Below are positions 8,123 through 16,557 of a DNA stretch of 63,294 nt, in pieces. The stretch's first letter is position 1, and every line of letters begins with the position of its first letter. This DNA is from an uncultured Methanosarcinales archaeon (GTDB lineage Archaea; Nanobdellota; Nanobdellia; Woesearchaeales; DSVV01). The DNA lies in contig CAYXZQ010000003.1 in the NCBI GenBank assembly GCA_964469935.1, positions 1 to 63,294 of the forward strand. The letters run 5' to 3'. The translations under genes were made by a program, and so were the position numbers. The notes beneath the pieces were generated by a model that worked only from the letters and a program-made list of their open reading frames with translations, did not search any database and was not told where the DNA came from.

Positions 8123-8716
8123 ATGGAATCAGCCTTCCTCGACCAGATAATCGAGACCAGCACGACTGACGAGATGATGAGTATCATCGATAGAAACCTC
8201 GACGACAATGTTGTGAGGGCGGCAATGATGCTCAAGAGGTCCATCGACCTCAGGCCTGACGAGCCAAGGTTCTACGTGAAGATGGGCGACATCTTCTTCG
8301 ACTATCAGGCAGACCTCGACACTGCTGAGAAGTTCTACAAGAAGGCGCTTGAGATAGAGCAGTATCCCGGGATATACTGCACCCTCGGCTGGGTCAGCTT
8401 CGAGAGAGGGGACCTAAAGACAGCAGAGAGCCGCCTCATCCATGCGATGAATGTCTCCAGGCAGCCGGGAGAGATAAACGAGCTCGGCGAGTTCTATCTC
8501 AAGACAGGAAGGTTAAGCAACGCAATCCTCCTGCTCAATGGGGTCAAATCCAGGATCAAGAAAAAGCTTGAGGACAAGACATTCAGCAACCCGGAATGGT
8601 ACGTGAGGGTATGCCATAACCTCATCGACGCCTACCTGGCAAAGGGCGACATGGATTCATACGAGAGCGAAATGCACGAGCTCTACAACAGCCCCATATT
8701 CTCAAGTAAGCAGTGA
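8123..8716 (+). CDS. TPR-like repeat protein, island family
   Basis: 197 aa: ...RPDEPRFYVKMGDIFFDYQADLDTAEKFYKKALEIEQ...GDLKTAESRLIHAMN...GRLSNAILLL. Tetratricopeptide-like A/Y/G periodicity. Confidence 0.7.
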   Translation: MESAFLDQIIETSTTDEMMSIIDRNLDDNVVRAAMMLKRSIDLRPDEPRFYVKMGDIFFDYQADLDTAEKFYKKALEIEQYPGIYCTLGWVSFERGDLKTAESRLIHAMNVSRQPGEINELGEFYLKTGRLSNAILLLNGVKSRIKKKLEDKTFSNPEWYVRVCHNLIDAYLAKGDMDSYESEMHELYNSPIFSSKQ

Positions 8717-8719
8717 ATC

Positions 8720-9244
8720 CTACGCCCTGGAAGAGACGTATTTTTCAAGCCGGGACTTCGGCAGGTAGCTCTCGGCAAAGCTTATGGCGTTCATCTTCAT
8801 GGAGCGGATGTCCATGCCGTTGACGACATTGTTCTCCCCGATGATCACCGAGTCCCTGCTCCATACCATCCTGCCTCTCGAATCCCCGTCTGAAACAAGC
8901 AGGAGCCCGTCATCAGGGTTGAACCTGAACTCCAGCCTGAGCTTCCCGTCATCATAGGTTGCATGCTCATGTATCACCATGTCAGAGCATAGCGCGACAT
9001 AATCGTCAGGACCGAGCGAGCATGGGTCCCTCCTGTGCGGAAACCTTCTCAGAAATCCCATCGGATGCCTCTGATAAGCCGTGTTGCCCGACCTTCCCGA
9101 TAGAAAAATCCTGTCCTCGAGCAGGTTCAGCCCGACCCTGACAGGCCCTGCGACCCTGTCGACCCATTCCTCAAGCATTGTCGGCCTGTAATGATACTCC
9201 CTGCCGTCCCATCCCATCATGACTTTTCCAGTCATCCGGAACAT
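8720..9244 (-). CDS. unknown family X, copy 2 (174 aa)
   Basis: Paralogue of 6177..6692. Divergent from TPR gene 9329 across an 84-bp spacer and convergent with TPR gene 8123. Confidence 0.6.
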   Translation of the reverse strand: MFRMTGKVMMGWDGREYHYRPTMLEEWVDRVAGPVRVGLNLLEDRIFLSGRSGNTAYQRHPMGFLRRFPHRRDPCSLGPDDYVALCSDMVIHEHATYDDGKLRLEFRFNPDDGLLLVSDGDSRGRMVWSRDSVIIGENNVVNGMDIRSMKMNAISFAESYLPKSRLEKYVSSRA

Positions 9245-9328
9245 TAATCCGCTGGAATATAAAAGCCTTTCGTGACAGGCGCGCCAAAAGCAACAGGATT
9301 ATATATCCATTAGATACTCCCGGCGAGG

Positions 9329-9955
9329 ATGCGATTCAATGATTACGACCCGGCTTATCTCGACGAGCTCATAGATAACCACACCATGGAGCCGCTCCTC
9401 GACAATGTTGAGATGAAGATTGGCAAAAACCCCGAGTTTGCCAAGGCCCTTTTGAGAAGGGTCATGATGAAGAGGCCCAGGACAGCGAGGGCCTATATGC
9501 TCATGGGCGACATCTACCTGGGTGTAGAGAGCGACCTTGACATGGCTGAGAAGTTCTACTGCGACGCCATGGATATAGAGCCCTCTGCAGGATGCTACAG
9601 CTCCATGGCCATGGTATTCCATGAGAGGGGAGACAGCAGGAATGCCGAGGAATGCTACACTACAGCTTTGTCCATGAACAGGCAGCCGAGGGAGATGTAC
9701 GAGCTTGCGGCATTCTACATTGACACGGGAAAGCTGAGCGAGAGCATCATGCTGCTCAAAGGCGCAAAGTCCATGCTGGAAGATAGGCTAAAAAAGGACA
9801 TGGACGTGCACAACAGGCAGTTCTACACATTCATATGCCTCACGCTTGCCGATGCCTACGGACAGAAGGGGGACCTGAAAAATTCCAATAAAGAGAAGGC
9901 TGAGCTTGACAGGAGCCCCTACAGGCTGATGCACAATGTCGACAGGAGGACATAG
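9329..9955 (+). CDS. TPR-like repeat protein, island family
   Basis: 208 aa: KNPEFAKALLRRVMMKRPRTARAYMLMGDIYLGVESDLDMAEKFYCDAMDIEP... Confidence 0.7.
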   Translation: MRFNDYDPAYLDELIDNHTMEPLLDNVEMKIGKNPEFAKALLRRVMMKRPRTARAYMLMGDIYLGVESDLDMAEKFYCDAMDIEPSAGCYSSMAMVFHERGDSRNAEECYTTALSMNRQPREMYELAAFYIDTGKLSESIMLLKGAKSMLEDRLKKDMDVHNRQFYTFICLTLADAYGQKGDLKNSNKEKAELDRSPYRLMHNVDRRT

Positions 9956-10001
9956 AAACCTTTTTATAAATCAGGTGATTATATCTTCCCAGCGACATAA
10001 C

Positions 10002-10583
10002 ATGGGCAGACAGCTGGAATCACTCGTGGAACTCGTAAAATCATTACCCGAGCATCATTTTCTTTCTGACAACAGGAATGCAAAGGACCACTTCAAAAAG
10101 GTCCTGCAGGCGACAGAAGTCCTGCACTACAGGGTCACAGGGATCATACCGCAGGGGATATGGGACTACTCACTGCAGATGTTCCTCGAAGAGTCCATGC
10201 AGGATTCACAGCTCATCCTCCCTTATGATGTCACAGGCATAGAGGATGCCTCATCATTCTCAGTGGTGCACGGGAACCAGGATCTCGTGTTCACGCTCAC
10301 GACATTCAGGGAGACCGACGGCTTTTCCAGGCTGAGGAGCGCGAGGATCGAGATCATAAGGGATCTCAGGGACGGGCTTTTCAGGACGTGCCTGCACCCC
10401 ACGCTACTGTACGAGAATCCTGAAAACCCCCTGGAGTCGGGCGGGCAGATGGCCTATGAGATCAAGACAAACAGGGACAGGGAGCTTGCTGATGACGCTG
10501 TATCTTTCATCGAGAAGATAGCGATAATCCATGCCTACAAAAACATCCCGAAGATCACTTACCATCATGGAAAGAAGGGATGA
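10002..10583 (+). CDS. hypothetical protein
   Basis: ORF 9936..10583 trimmed to ATG 10002 (MGRQLESLVELVK). No domain recognised. Confidence 0.5.
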   Translation: MGRQLESLVELVKSLPEHHFLSDNRNAKDHFKKVLQATEVLHYRVTGIIPQGIWDYSLQMFLEESMQDSQLILPYDVTGIEDASSFSVVHGNQDLVFTLTTFRETDGFSRLRSARIEIIRDLRDGLFRTCLHPTLLYENPENPLESGGQMAYEIKTNRDRELADDAVSFIEKIAIIHAYKNIPKITYHHGKKG

Positions 10584-10643
10584 GCAGCCGTTCCCTGCAA
10601 AAATGCATTAATATTAAATACAAGGCCCAAGAACCCTTTTTAA

Positions 10644-11366
10644 ATGTCAGTCACCTACTTCGCCTACCCTTTCCACAATGACGATATAGACAGGGACATA
10701 GACAGGCACAGCTCAGGCATCCACGCAATCCTCGACGAGCTGCACAAGAGGGAGGACATTGAGAAGGTCCTCGCCTACTGCAGGAGGCTTCTTGCCAGGG
10801 ACCCCGACGACCTCTATGCGAATGAGAAGATGGGGCTCATCTACAGGCATGAGCTGGGAAGGCCTGACATCGCCGAGAGATTCCTCAAAAAAGCAGTGGA
10901 GAACAGCGCAAAATACCCTGTGGTCGCAGAGCTTGCAGGCCTCTACAGGGGCATAGGCGACATGGCCAATGCAAAGAAATATTTTGAGCAGGCAGTCTCT
11001 GAGGGCGGGAAGCTCAGTCACAAAAGGATCCTTGCAGGCATGTACCATGACGACGGGGATTTCAAAGACGCCTAGAGGCTCTACAGGGGGATAATGCTTT
11101 ACACAAACACCCCTGATGACACGTACAACCTCGGCGTCCTGCTTTTGGATGCAGGAAGGTTCGGGGAGAGCATAGAGATATTCCAGAACCTGAAGAAATG
11201 GCTTTCAGGAAAGGACATAAAGCATTATTCTGCATACGAGAGATTCCTGCACGAGGACGTGAGCGGGAGCCTGATAAAGGCCTACACAGAAGAGGGAAAC
11301 ATCCTTCAGGCAAAAATCGAAGAGAGGGAACTCCAGAATATCCTGAGGCAGAACAACCTAGGGTGA
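10644..11366 (+). pseudogene. TPR-like protein with a single in-frame TAG (11073-11075)
   Basis: ORFs 10644..11075 and 11094..11366 are in the same frame and the only interruption is TAG: ...HDDGDFKDA*RLYRGIMLYTNTPDDTYNLGVLLLDAGRFGESIEIF. Confidence 0.6.
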
Positions 11367-11469
11367 CAGGCAAGAATCAAAGCCAGGATGATAACCAGCT
11401 CCTGCTCAGGCTGACCGTTTGTCCTGCATTGCAAGAACATTTATAAAGGATGCATGCTTCTATTCTGAT

Positions 11470-12024
11470 ATGGAAAAGCCTGACCTTGACCTGCCGAAAT
11501 TCACGAGAAACGACAAGACAGTCCTCAAAAAGATAATTGAGCAGGCCAAGATCCCTGACCTGGAGATCGCAAAGAAGATGGGGCTCTCCCAGCAGGCGAT
11601 ATTCAAGATAAGGCACAAGCTGGAAAGGGTCGGAGTCATAAAAGGATATATGCCCATCATAGATTTCAAGAAGATAGGGATTGAGACATTGGTCGTCGTG
11701 GGCATCAGGCTGACAAGCTACATCTGGGAGAAATACTCAGAGGATCAGATCTCAGAAAGGATACAGAAGATCCCTCAGGTCATCACTGCTTACAGGATTC
11801 CTGAATCAAGGATAACCCACCTGCTGGTCATGGGATTTAAGAACATCGACCATAAAGACAGGTACCTCATGAAGCTGCAGAGCAGATACTCCAAAGAGGT
11901 TGACGTGGTCCACGTCTACCCGTTTTCAGTGGACAGGATAATCAAATCAAACCACATCGGCCTGCTGGGAACGATCCTCAACCGGAAAGAGTCCTTCTCA
12001 GATGAATTTTTCATAGACAAATAA
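11470..12024 (+). CDS. Lrp/AsnC-family transcriptional regulator
   Basis: LTRNDKTVLKKIIEQAKIPDLEIAKKMGLSQQAIFKIRHKLERVGVIKGY is an HTH, followed by a RAM-like beta-alpha domain. Trimmed to MEKPDL. Confidence 0.7.
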   Translation: MEKPDLDLPKFTRNDKTVLKKIIEQAKIPDLEIAKKMGLSQQAIFKIRHKLERVGVIKGYMPIIDFKKIGIETLVVVGIRLTSYIWEKYSEDQISERIQKIPQVITAYRIPESRITHLLVMGFKNIDHKDRYLMKLQSRYSKEVDVVHVYPFSVDRIIKSNHIGLLGTILNRKESFSDEFFIDK

Positions 12025-12074
12025 CAACTTACAAAGACATTCTGGCTGATTTATACTACCATAAGTAGTTAAAC
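12002..12074. repeat. 73-bp perfect direct repeat, copy 1 (includes the last 23 nt of the lrp-like CDS)
   Basis: Identical letter by letter to 12806-12878: atgaatttttcatagacaaataacaacttacaaagacattctggctgatttatactaccataagtagttaaac. Confidence 0.95.
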
Positions 12075-12171
12075 CTTTCCCCCTTACCTTAATTCACTGC
12101 AAAAGGCCTCGAGAGATCACAAAACCAATCATTCCAGGCCTTAAAAAATAATACGCTCTGAGGTGAGTAGA

Positions 12172-12639
12172 ATGGAACAGATAAAAGATAAGAATACGCT
12201 GCCATTCGACATGACAGTCGATGTCGGCAGGCTAATAGGCAAGAAAGTATTGACAAATGATGGCAAGAAGATCGGCAAGATAAAGGGATTAAATATCCAT
12301 CCAAATGAATTGACGATAGAAGGCATAAGGGTTGATCGAGGGATGTTTGAGGTTGACCAGTACATTGACGAGAATTACATCAAGTCACTCTCACAGGATG
12401 GTGCAGTGCTCAAGAGCATACCTGTCACAGAGTACGTCGGAATGGAGGTCTATGACTCCATGGGAAAAAAAGTCGGAAAGATCATGGATGTGAGCAGGTC
12501 AAAGATGACAAACACCCTGAACTCCCTGAAAGTCAAGCTTGAAGACAGCGGCAAAGAGATGGTCATCATGTCTGATTATGTAGCAGTATGTGGCACCAGC
12601 TGTATGTTGAAAGAGCCGTGGGACCTCAAGGCATCCTGA
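12172..12639 (+). CDS. PRC-barrel domain protein
   Basis: Two GKKV.T.DGKKIGKI..(L/V)-type PRC-barrel segments. GAGGTGA box before ATG 12172. Confidence 0.7.
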   Translation: MEQIKDKNTLPFDMTVDVGRLIGKKVLTNDGKKIGKIKGLNIHPNELTIEGIRVDRGMFEVDQYIDENYIKSLSQDGAVLKSIPVTEYVGMEVYDSMGKKVGKIMDVSRSKMTNTLNSLKVKLEDSGKEMVIMSDYVAVCGTSCMLKEPWDLKAS

Positions 12640-12640
12640 G

Positions 12641-12664
12641 GATGATATAGTAAGATATATCATC
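12641..12664 (+). terminator. hairpin plus T-run after the PRC-barrel gene
   Basis: GATGATATA-gtaaga-TATATCATC forms a 9-bp stem, followed within 20 nt by TTTTTTTATTTT. Confidence 0.35.
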
Positions 12665-12805
12665 TTGTCTTCGACAGCAATTTTTTTATTTTACATTGGT
12701 TCTCATTAAGCATTGTTTCCTAGAATATGATCTTAAGGATTTATCTTTTCATCATGTTTATTTCTGCATTCTGAATATATAGTATATCGGCTGTCGAGGG
12801 CAGCC

Positions 12806-12878
12806 ATGAATTTTTCATAGACAAATAACAACTTACAAAGACATTCTGGCTGATTTATACTACCATAAGTAGTTAAAC
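12806..12878. repeat. 73-bp perfect direct repeat, copy 2
   Basis: Identical to 12002-12074, with an 804-bp period. Confidence 0.95.
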
Positions 12879-12899
12879 TTGTCTACCTTAAGTTGCCTC

Positions 12900-13016
12900 A
12901 TGGCAAAAGCGATGAGGGGGGTTGTGTGTAAGCACTGCAAGAGGCGGGATGATGGCAAGGCTGTACTTGTCGGGCTTTCAATTATCTGCCCTTATTGTAA
13001 AAAGCCGATTGAATAG
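12900..13016 (+). CDS. micro-ORF 1, zinc-ribbon (CxxC...CxxC) peptide; start ambiguous (ATG 12900, ATG 12912 or GTG 12924)
   Basis: Translation by eye: MAKAMRGVVCKHCKRRDDGKAVLVGLSIICPYCKKPIE*. GAGGGGGG lies before GTG 12924. Differs from the track frame 12922..13128. Confidence 0.4.
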   Translation: MAKAMRGVVCKHCKRRDDGKAVLVGLSIICPYCKKPIE

Positions 13017-13172
13017 ATCAGCTGGTAAAAGAGGGGGTAATTTTGGTGGACAAACAGAGAAGATGAGGTGGATGAATTTAAACCCATGCACCTCAAAACA
13101 CATACACCTGCAGCTTAGGGCGGATTAAAACCTGCCCTAATCCTGCATTTTACAAAAAGAGGCAGGTTCAAG

Positions 13173-13229
13173 ATGGATGAGAAAGATGTTTACGTCTTGG
13201 ACCGGCAGGGATTGGAGGCAGAAAAATGA
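13173..13229 (+). CDS. micro-ORF 2 (18 aa)
   Basis: MDEKDVYVLDRQGLEAEK*. AGAGG upstream. Stop overlaps the next ATG (ATGA). Confidence 0.3.
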   Translation: MDEKDVYVLDRQGLEAEK

Positions 13230-13357
13230 GATACAGAGAAGGCGGTTATAACAGGTTGTTTGCAGGTGAACTGTATAATCAGCAACATGGGCAGGATGTA
13301 TTTGAGGAACCATCAATTTTAGATGGTTTTCAGAACCATAAGAAAGGCGGGATATAA
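13226..13357 (+). CDS. micro-ORF 3 (43 aa)
   Basis: MRYREGGYNRLFAGELYNQQHGQDVFEEPSILDGFQNHKKGGI*. GGAGG 7 nt upstream. ATGA coupling to ORF 2. Confidence 0.4.
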   Translation: MRYREGGYNRLFAGELYNQQHGQDVFEEPSILDGFQNHKKGGI

Positions 13358-13378
13358 AGAATCAAAGAGGCGATAAGG

Positions 13379-13525
13379 ATGAAACAGACATTTGAAGACC
13401 AATCGACAGACCTGATGCACAGGGATGATTTCCAGGGAAAACTGGATTTTTTCAATGGAAGGTATATGGATTTTTTCCAGGCCGCTAAGGCGGCATATAT
13501 ATTTCATGAGGGGGTGGAAATATGA
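13379..13525 (+). CDS. micro-ORF 4 (48 aa)
   Basis: MKQTFEDQSTDLMHRDDFQGKLDFFNGRYMDFFQAAKAAYIFHEGVEI*. GAGG/AAGG upstream. Confidence 0.4.
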   Translation: MKQTFEDQSTDLMHRDDFQGKLDFFNGRYMDFFQAAKAAYIFHEGVEI

Positions 13526-13674
13526 TGCACAAGACATTCAATAATCATAGCAAGATGTTCGAGACCGAGAATATGATAGTCCCGAGGTTTCGAAACGAAT
13601 TTGAAGGCCTGTTTGAAAATCAAAGCATAGTTGACCGGATCAGGCTGGAGCAGAGATTTAATAGCAATAGGTGA
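13522..13674 (+). CDS. micro-ORF 5 (50 aa)
   Basis: MMHKTFNNHSKMFETENMIVPRFRNEFEGLFENQSIVDRIRLEQRFNSNR*. GAGGGGGTGG upstream. ATGA overlap with ORF 4. Confidence 0.4.
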   Translation: MMHKTFNNHSKMFETENMIVPRFRNEFEGLFENQSIVDRIRLEQRFNSNR

Positions 13675-13676
13675 CC

Positions 13677-13772
13677 ATGATGAGAAATGATTGTTTAAAA
13701 TGCAAATGCGAGATACCTTATGACAGGATATATTGCGACAGATGCCTGCATGAGGCCTCAAGCAATGCCTGA
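13677..13772 (+). CDS. micro-ORF 6, zinc-ribbon peptide (31 aa)
   Basis: MMRNDCLKCKCEIPYDRIYCDRCLHEASSNA*. AGGTGA 2 nt upstream. Starts 3 nt after the ORF 5 stop. Confidence 0.4.
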   Translation: MMRNDCLKCKCEIPYDRIYCDRCLHEASSNA

Positions 13773-13917
13773 TATACCGCAAGGGCTTACCTGCTGTTTC
13801 TTTCCGCCTTTCAGGCAGCCATCATGGGGATTTGACAAATTCTAAAGAGTCAACCCAGACAGGCATAAGCAAAAAATTTTAATATACTAAGATTCCATTC
13901 GTTATATAGCGACATAA

Positions 13918-14706
13918 ATGATGAATGAAAAGATACATAAGCCGATTTTTTATGCGATGATAATAATCGCGCTGCTGGCAGCATCGTACGGGGCATTCCT
14001 TCTCCTCTTCGGCTCAGACACATTGCTGGAGCTCACAAGGGAGGACGGTTTCATCGAGACCATAACTGCCCTGGGATTCCTTGCATCATCCATCCTTTTT
14101 TTCATATCATACATGGGGTCGAAGGCTCCGAAATCCCGCAGGTTCCTGACAAAGAGAAACATCATCCTGCTGATGCTCGCGCTCCTGATGTTCGGGGCAT
14201 TCGGCGAGGAGATTAGCTGGGGCCAGCGGCTGATAGGCTTCATCACGCCGCCGACAATAGCAAAGGAGAATGCCCAGCAGGAATTCAACATCCACAACCT
14301 CTGGCTATTCGACCGGGAGACTCCGCAGGGCCAGGAAAAGACAGGGCTTGCGCTATTCTTCACTGTCGACAGGATGTACGCGCTCTTCATTCTGGGATTC
14401 TTCATAATCATCCCATTGCTCGCATATATCAGCGCCAGGTTCGCGCACCTGATGGAGCACATCAGGTTTCCTGTTTTCCCATTATGGCTCGGGATGTTCT
14501 TTGTCCTCAATTACTTGCTTTCCAAGACCCTGTTCATCACTAGATCAATGATAGACCCCATAACTGAGATAAAGGAATGCAACAATGCCCTGATATTCTT
14601 TGCCATTGCATCATATAATCATTTCAACATGCCGCCTGTAACTAGTGTCATCCCTGCAGGGCATGCTCTCCATCCTGAGCACAAGGCAGCTGCCAGGGCG
14701 AAGTGA
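13918..14706 (+). CDS. multi-pass membrane protein, unknown function
   Basis: 262-aa ORF with about 6 hydrophobic segments. Confidence 0.6.
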   Translation: MMNEKIHKPIFYAMIIIALLAASYGAFLLLFGSDTLLELTREDGFIETITALGFLASSILFFISYMGSKAPKSRRFLTKRNIILLMLALLMFGAFGEEISWGQRLIGFITPPTIAKENAQQEFNIHNLWLFDRETPQGQEKTGLALFFTVDRMYALFILGFFIIIPLLAYISARFAHLMEHIRFPVFPLWLGMFFVLNYLLSKTLFITRSMIDPITEIKECNNALIFFAIASYNHFNMPPVTSVIPAGHALHPEHKAAARAK

Positions 14707-15270
14707 TTCAGTGACCATATCCAAGACAGTTTCTTGATAATTCAGGAAAAGCATAAAGAGTTGATGAGGGGATAAATTCATCTCCAGGAACGGAAACGCC
14801 TGCATGAGATCAAATCTGCAGAGATTGGCTTATTCTTGGATACTTATCGTTAATAATTATGATACCCTTTTCTTGTGCTGATAAATATGACATTTTATCA
14901 ACATATTTCTATCAATCTGTTAATATTCACTACCATACCTATTAAAACATAAGAGACATCACTAAAGGATAGATAGGATGAATGATGATGTTTGGCATAA
15001 GTTGATATGCTAAACAATAAAGGTTTAACAGGCACAGGAGAATAATTTTGGGCAATTTTGTTTTTGGTACTTTCTATTGATACAGAAATATTCGGATTTT
15101 GACTCATTTCCAGAGTATCATTTTCATATGCAATTGCCACATGGTTTACAGCAATTTTTACAGTATTATTGATAATTACAGTGGTAGCCCATGTGATTAA
15201 GGACGTTTAAGCTTTTTTTAACAGATCCTTTATCATTAAGATTAATCAAATCATATTCGGAGGTGACAAA

Positions 15271-15390
15271 ATGACAAAGAAAAGCAGAGGGGGAAGAATG
15301 ACAGCAGCGAAGAAAAGGGCTGCAAAGACTCCAGGCGGCAAAGGGATGGTAAAGAACAGGCCGGCAGGAAAAAGGATAATGAAAACTTAA
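15271..15390 (+). CDS. small highly basic peptide (39 aa)
   Basis: GGAGGTGA, then 4 nt, then ATG: MTKKSRGGRMTAAKKRAAKTPGGKGMVKNRPAGKRIMKT*. Below the ORF-track size cut-off. Confidence 0.35.
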   Translation: MTKKSRGGRMTAAKKRAAKTPGGKGMVKNRPAGKRIMKT

Positions 15391-15487
15391 TTACCAGATG
15401 AGGAAGATTCATTTCTTCATAGATGAGGTTTTTATTTTTTCATTATGTAACAAATGACAATGAAATGATAGAGGGACAGAGGTGTTC

Positions 15488-15820
15488 ATGATGGCATTAT
15501 TTGGAACATTATTAGGTTTTTTGATAAGCTTGGTAATTTCAGCAATTATTATTTTTTTAGCTGCAAGAATACTGGGCGAGAAGGAGGGATTTGGCACAGC
15601 GGTATTTGCTGCATTTATCGGTGCAATAATATTTGCGCTGGTGTCTTATTTCCTGGGTGTCGGTTGGATTGCTGCTTTGGTTGGCGGGTTAGCATGGCTT
15701 ATTGCTCTTGGCAGCCTATATAAGATTGGCTGGATGAAAGCTTTTGTCATAGCAGTGGTCATATGGATTATTGCAACCCTTGTCAGCCTGGTGCTGCCAA
15801 CTATTGCAGGACCCCTATAA
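15488..15820 (+). CDS. small 4-TM membrane protein (YvlD/phage-holin-4-like?)
   Basis: MMALFGTLLGFLISLVISAIIIFLAARILG... Four hydrophobic helices in about 110 aa. Confidence 0.5.
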   Translation: MMALFGTLLGFLISLVISAIIIFLAARILGEKEGFGTAVFAAFIGAIIFALVSYFLGVGWIAALVGGLAWLIALGSLYKIGWMKAFVIAVVIWIIATLVSLVLPTIAGPL

Positions 15821-16000
15821 GAACAAAGAGGAATGCAAAGATGTTTATCAGCACAATATTGGTGATCAGATAATTATCGCCGACATATGGGTAAAACCTG
15901 ACTGCATTAAGGTTTGCGGATAATCTTGGAAAATTTTTTGGCATGATAACTGCAATAATTTACTAATTAATAATCAGAAAAAGATGAAGGAGGAAAGAAA

Positions 16001-16099
16001 ATGAAAAAGACTCTTAATATTAAAGGCGGAATGCTCTCACTTATAGGGGCCGTAGTGGTAGTGTTAGTAATCTTGGTTTTGTTTTTCAGATATTTTTAA
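16001..16099 (+). CDS. small single-TM peptide (32 aa)
   Basis: AGGAGG upstream: MKKTLNIKGGMLSLIGAVVVVLVILVLFFRYF*. Confidence 0.35.
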   Translation: MKKTLNIKGGMLSLIGAVVVVLVILVLFFRYF

Positions 16100-16333
16100 G
16101 TTTTGCTTCAGACCATGAAATGCACAAACCATGAGATACATATTCCCCAAGAAGAGATGTATCTATAATAGGTTCGCTTAAATAGAGTAATGCGACAATA
16201 GGGCTGATTGCCATAGGTGTTCGATGGAGATGTAGAGAGCAAGAGAGATTCCTGTTCATGATCTCCATGGGAAACAAACACCAGGTAAGTCCTGTTCAAA
16301 TGGGTTAAACAAAATGATGCGGGGTTGAACAAA

Positions 16334-16553
16334 ATGATAGGATACTATGATTTCGGAAATGTATGGGTAATTTTTGGATTTATATTCATGATACCTATTT
16401 GTGGTTGCAGTAATCTGGCTGATAGTCTGGTTTGTGGAATTTAAGATTAAGAGACCAGCAAATTCTCTGGAAATACTCAAAGGGAGATATGCCAGAGGAG
16501 ATATCTCAAAAAAAGAATACAATGATATTAAAAACGAACTAACAGGGGTGTGA
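16334..16553 (+). pseudogene. SHOCT-domain membrane protein, apparently frameshifted
   Basis: Frame 1 from ATG 16334 reads MIGYYDFGNVWVIFGFIFMIP, then stops at 16442-16444. Another frame reads LFVVAVIWLIVWFVEFKIKRPANSLEILKGRYARGDISKKEYNDIKNELTGV*, a SHOCT motif. Confidence 0.5.
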
Positions 16554-16557
16554 AAAA

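Noticed and set aside
8011-8244. 77-aa minus-strand ORF ending ..RRPPAPGA
   Set aside because: Overlaps the 5' end of TPR gene 8123-8716 in antisense. Its C-terminus is just the GC-rich 20-mer repeat, which at 2402-2421 is preceded by a stop codon.
7599-11075. Genome-wide reassignment of TAG (for example to pyrrolysine) as the explanation for the two in-frame ambers
   Set aside because: TAG is used as an ordinary terminator by well-defined genes in the same window (6177-6692, 8720-9244, 9329-9955, 23241-24695). No pyl genes were seen. Local pseudogenisation is more parsimonious.
13319-13782. Minus-strand ORFs of 72 and 92 aa, and plus-strand track ORF 12922-13128
   Set aside because: No start context and odd composition. 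The plus strand instead shows a chain of SD-preceded, overlapping micro-ORFs. The zinc-ribbon frame (CxxC...CxxC) is preferred over the track frame at 12922.
14898-15140. 80-aa minus-strand ORF in the AT-rich gap
   Set aside because: GTG start, no SD, low-complexity AT-driven composition. Not supportable as a gene from sequence alone.
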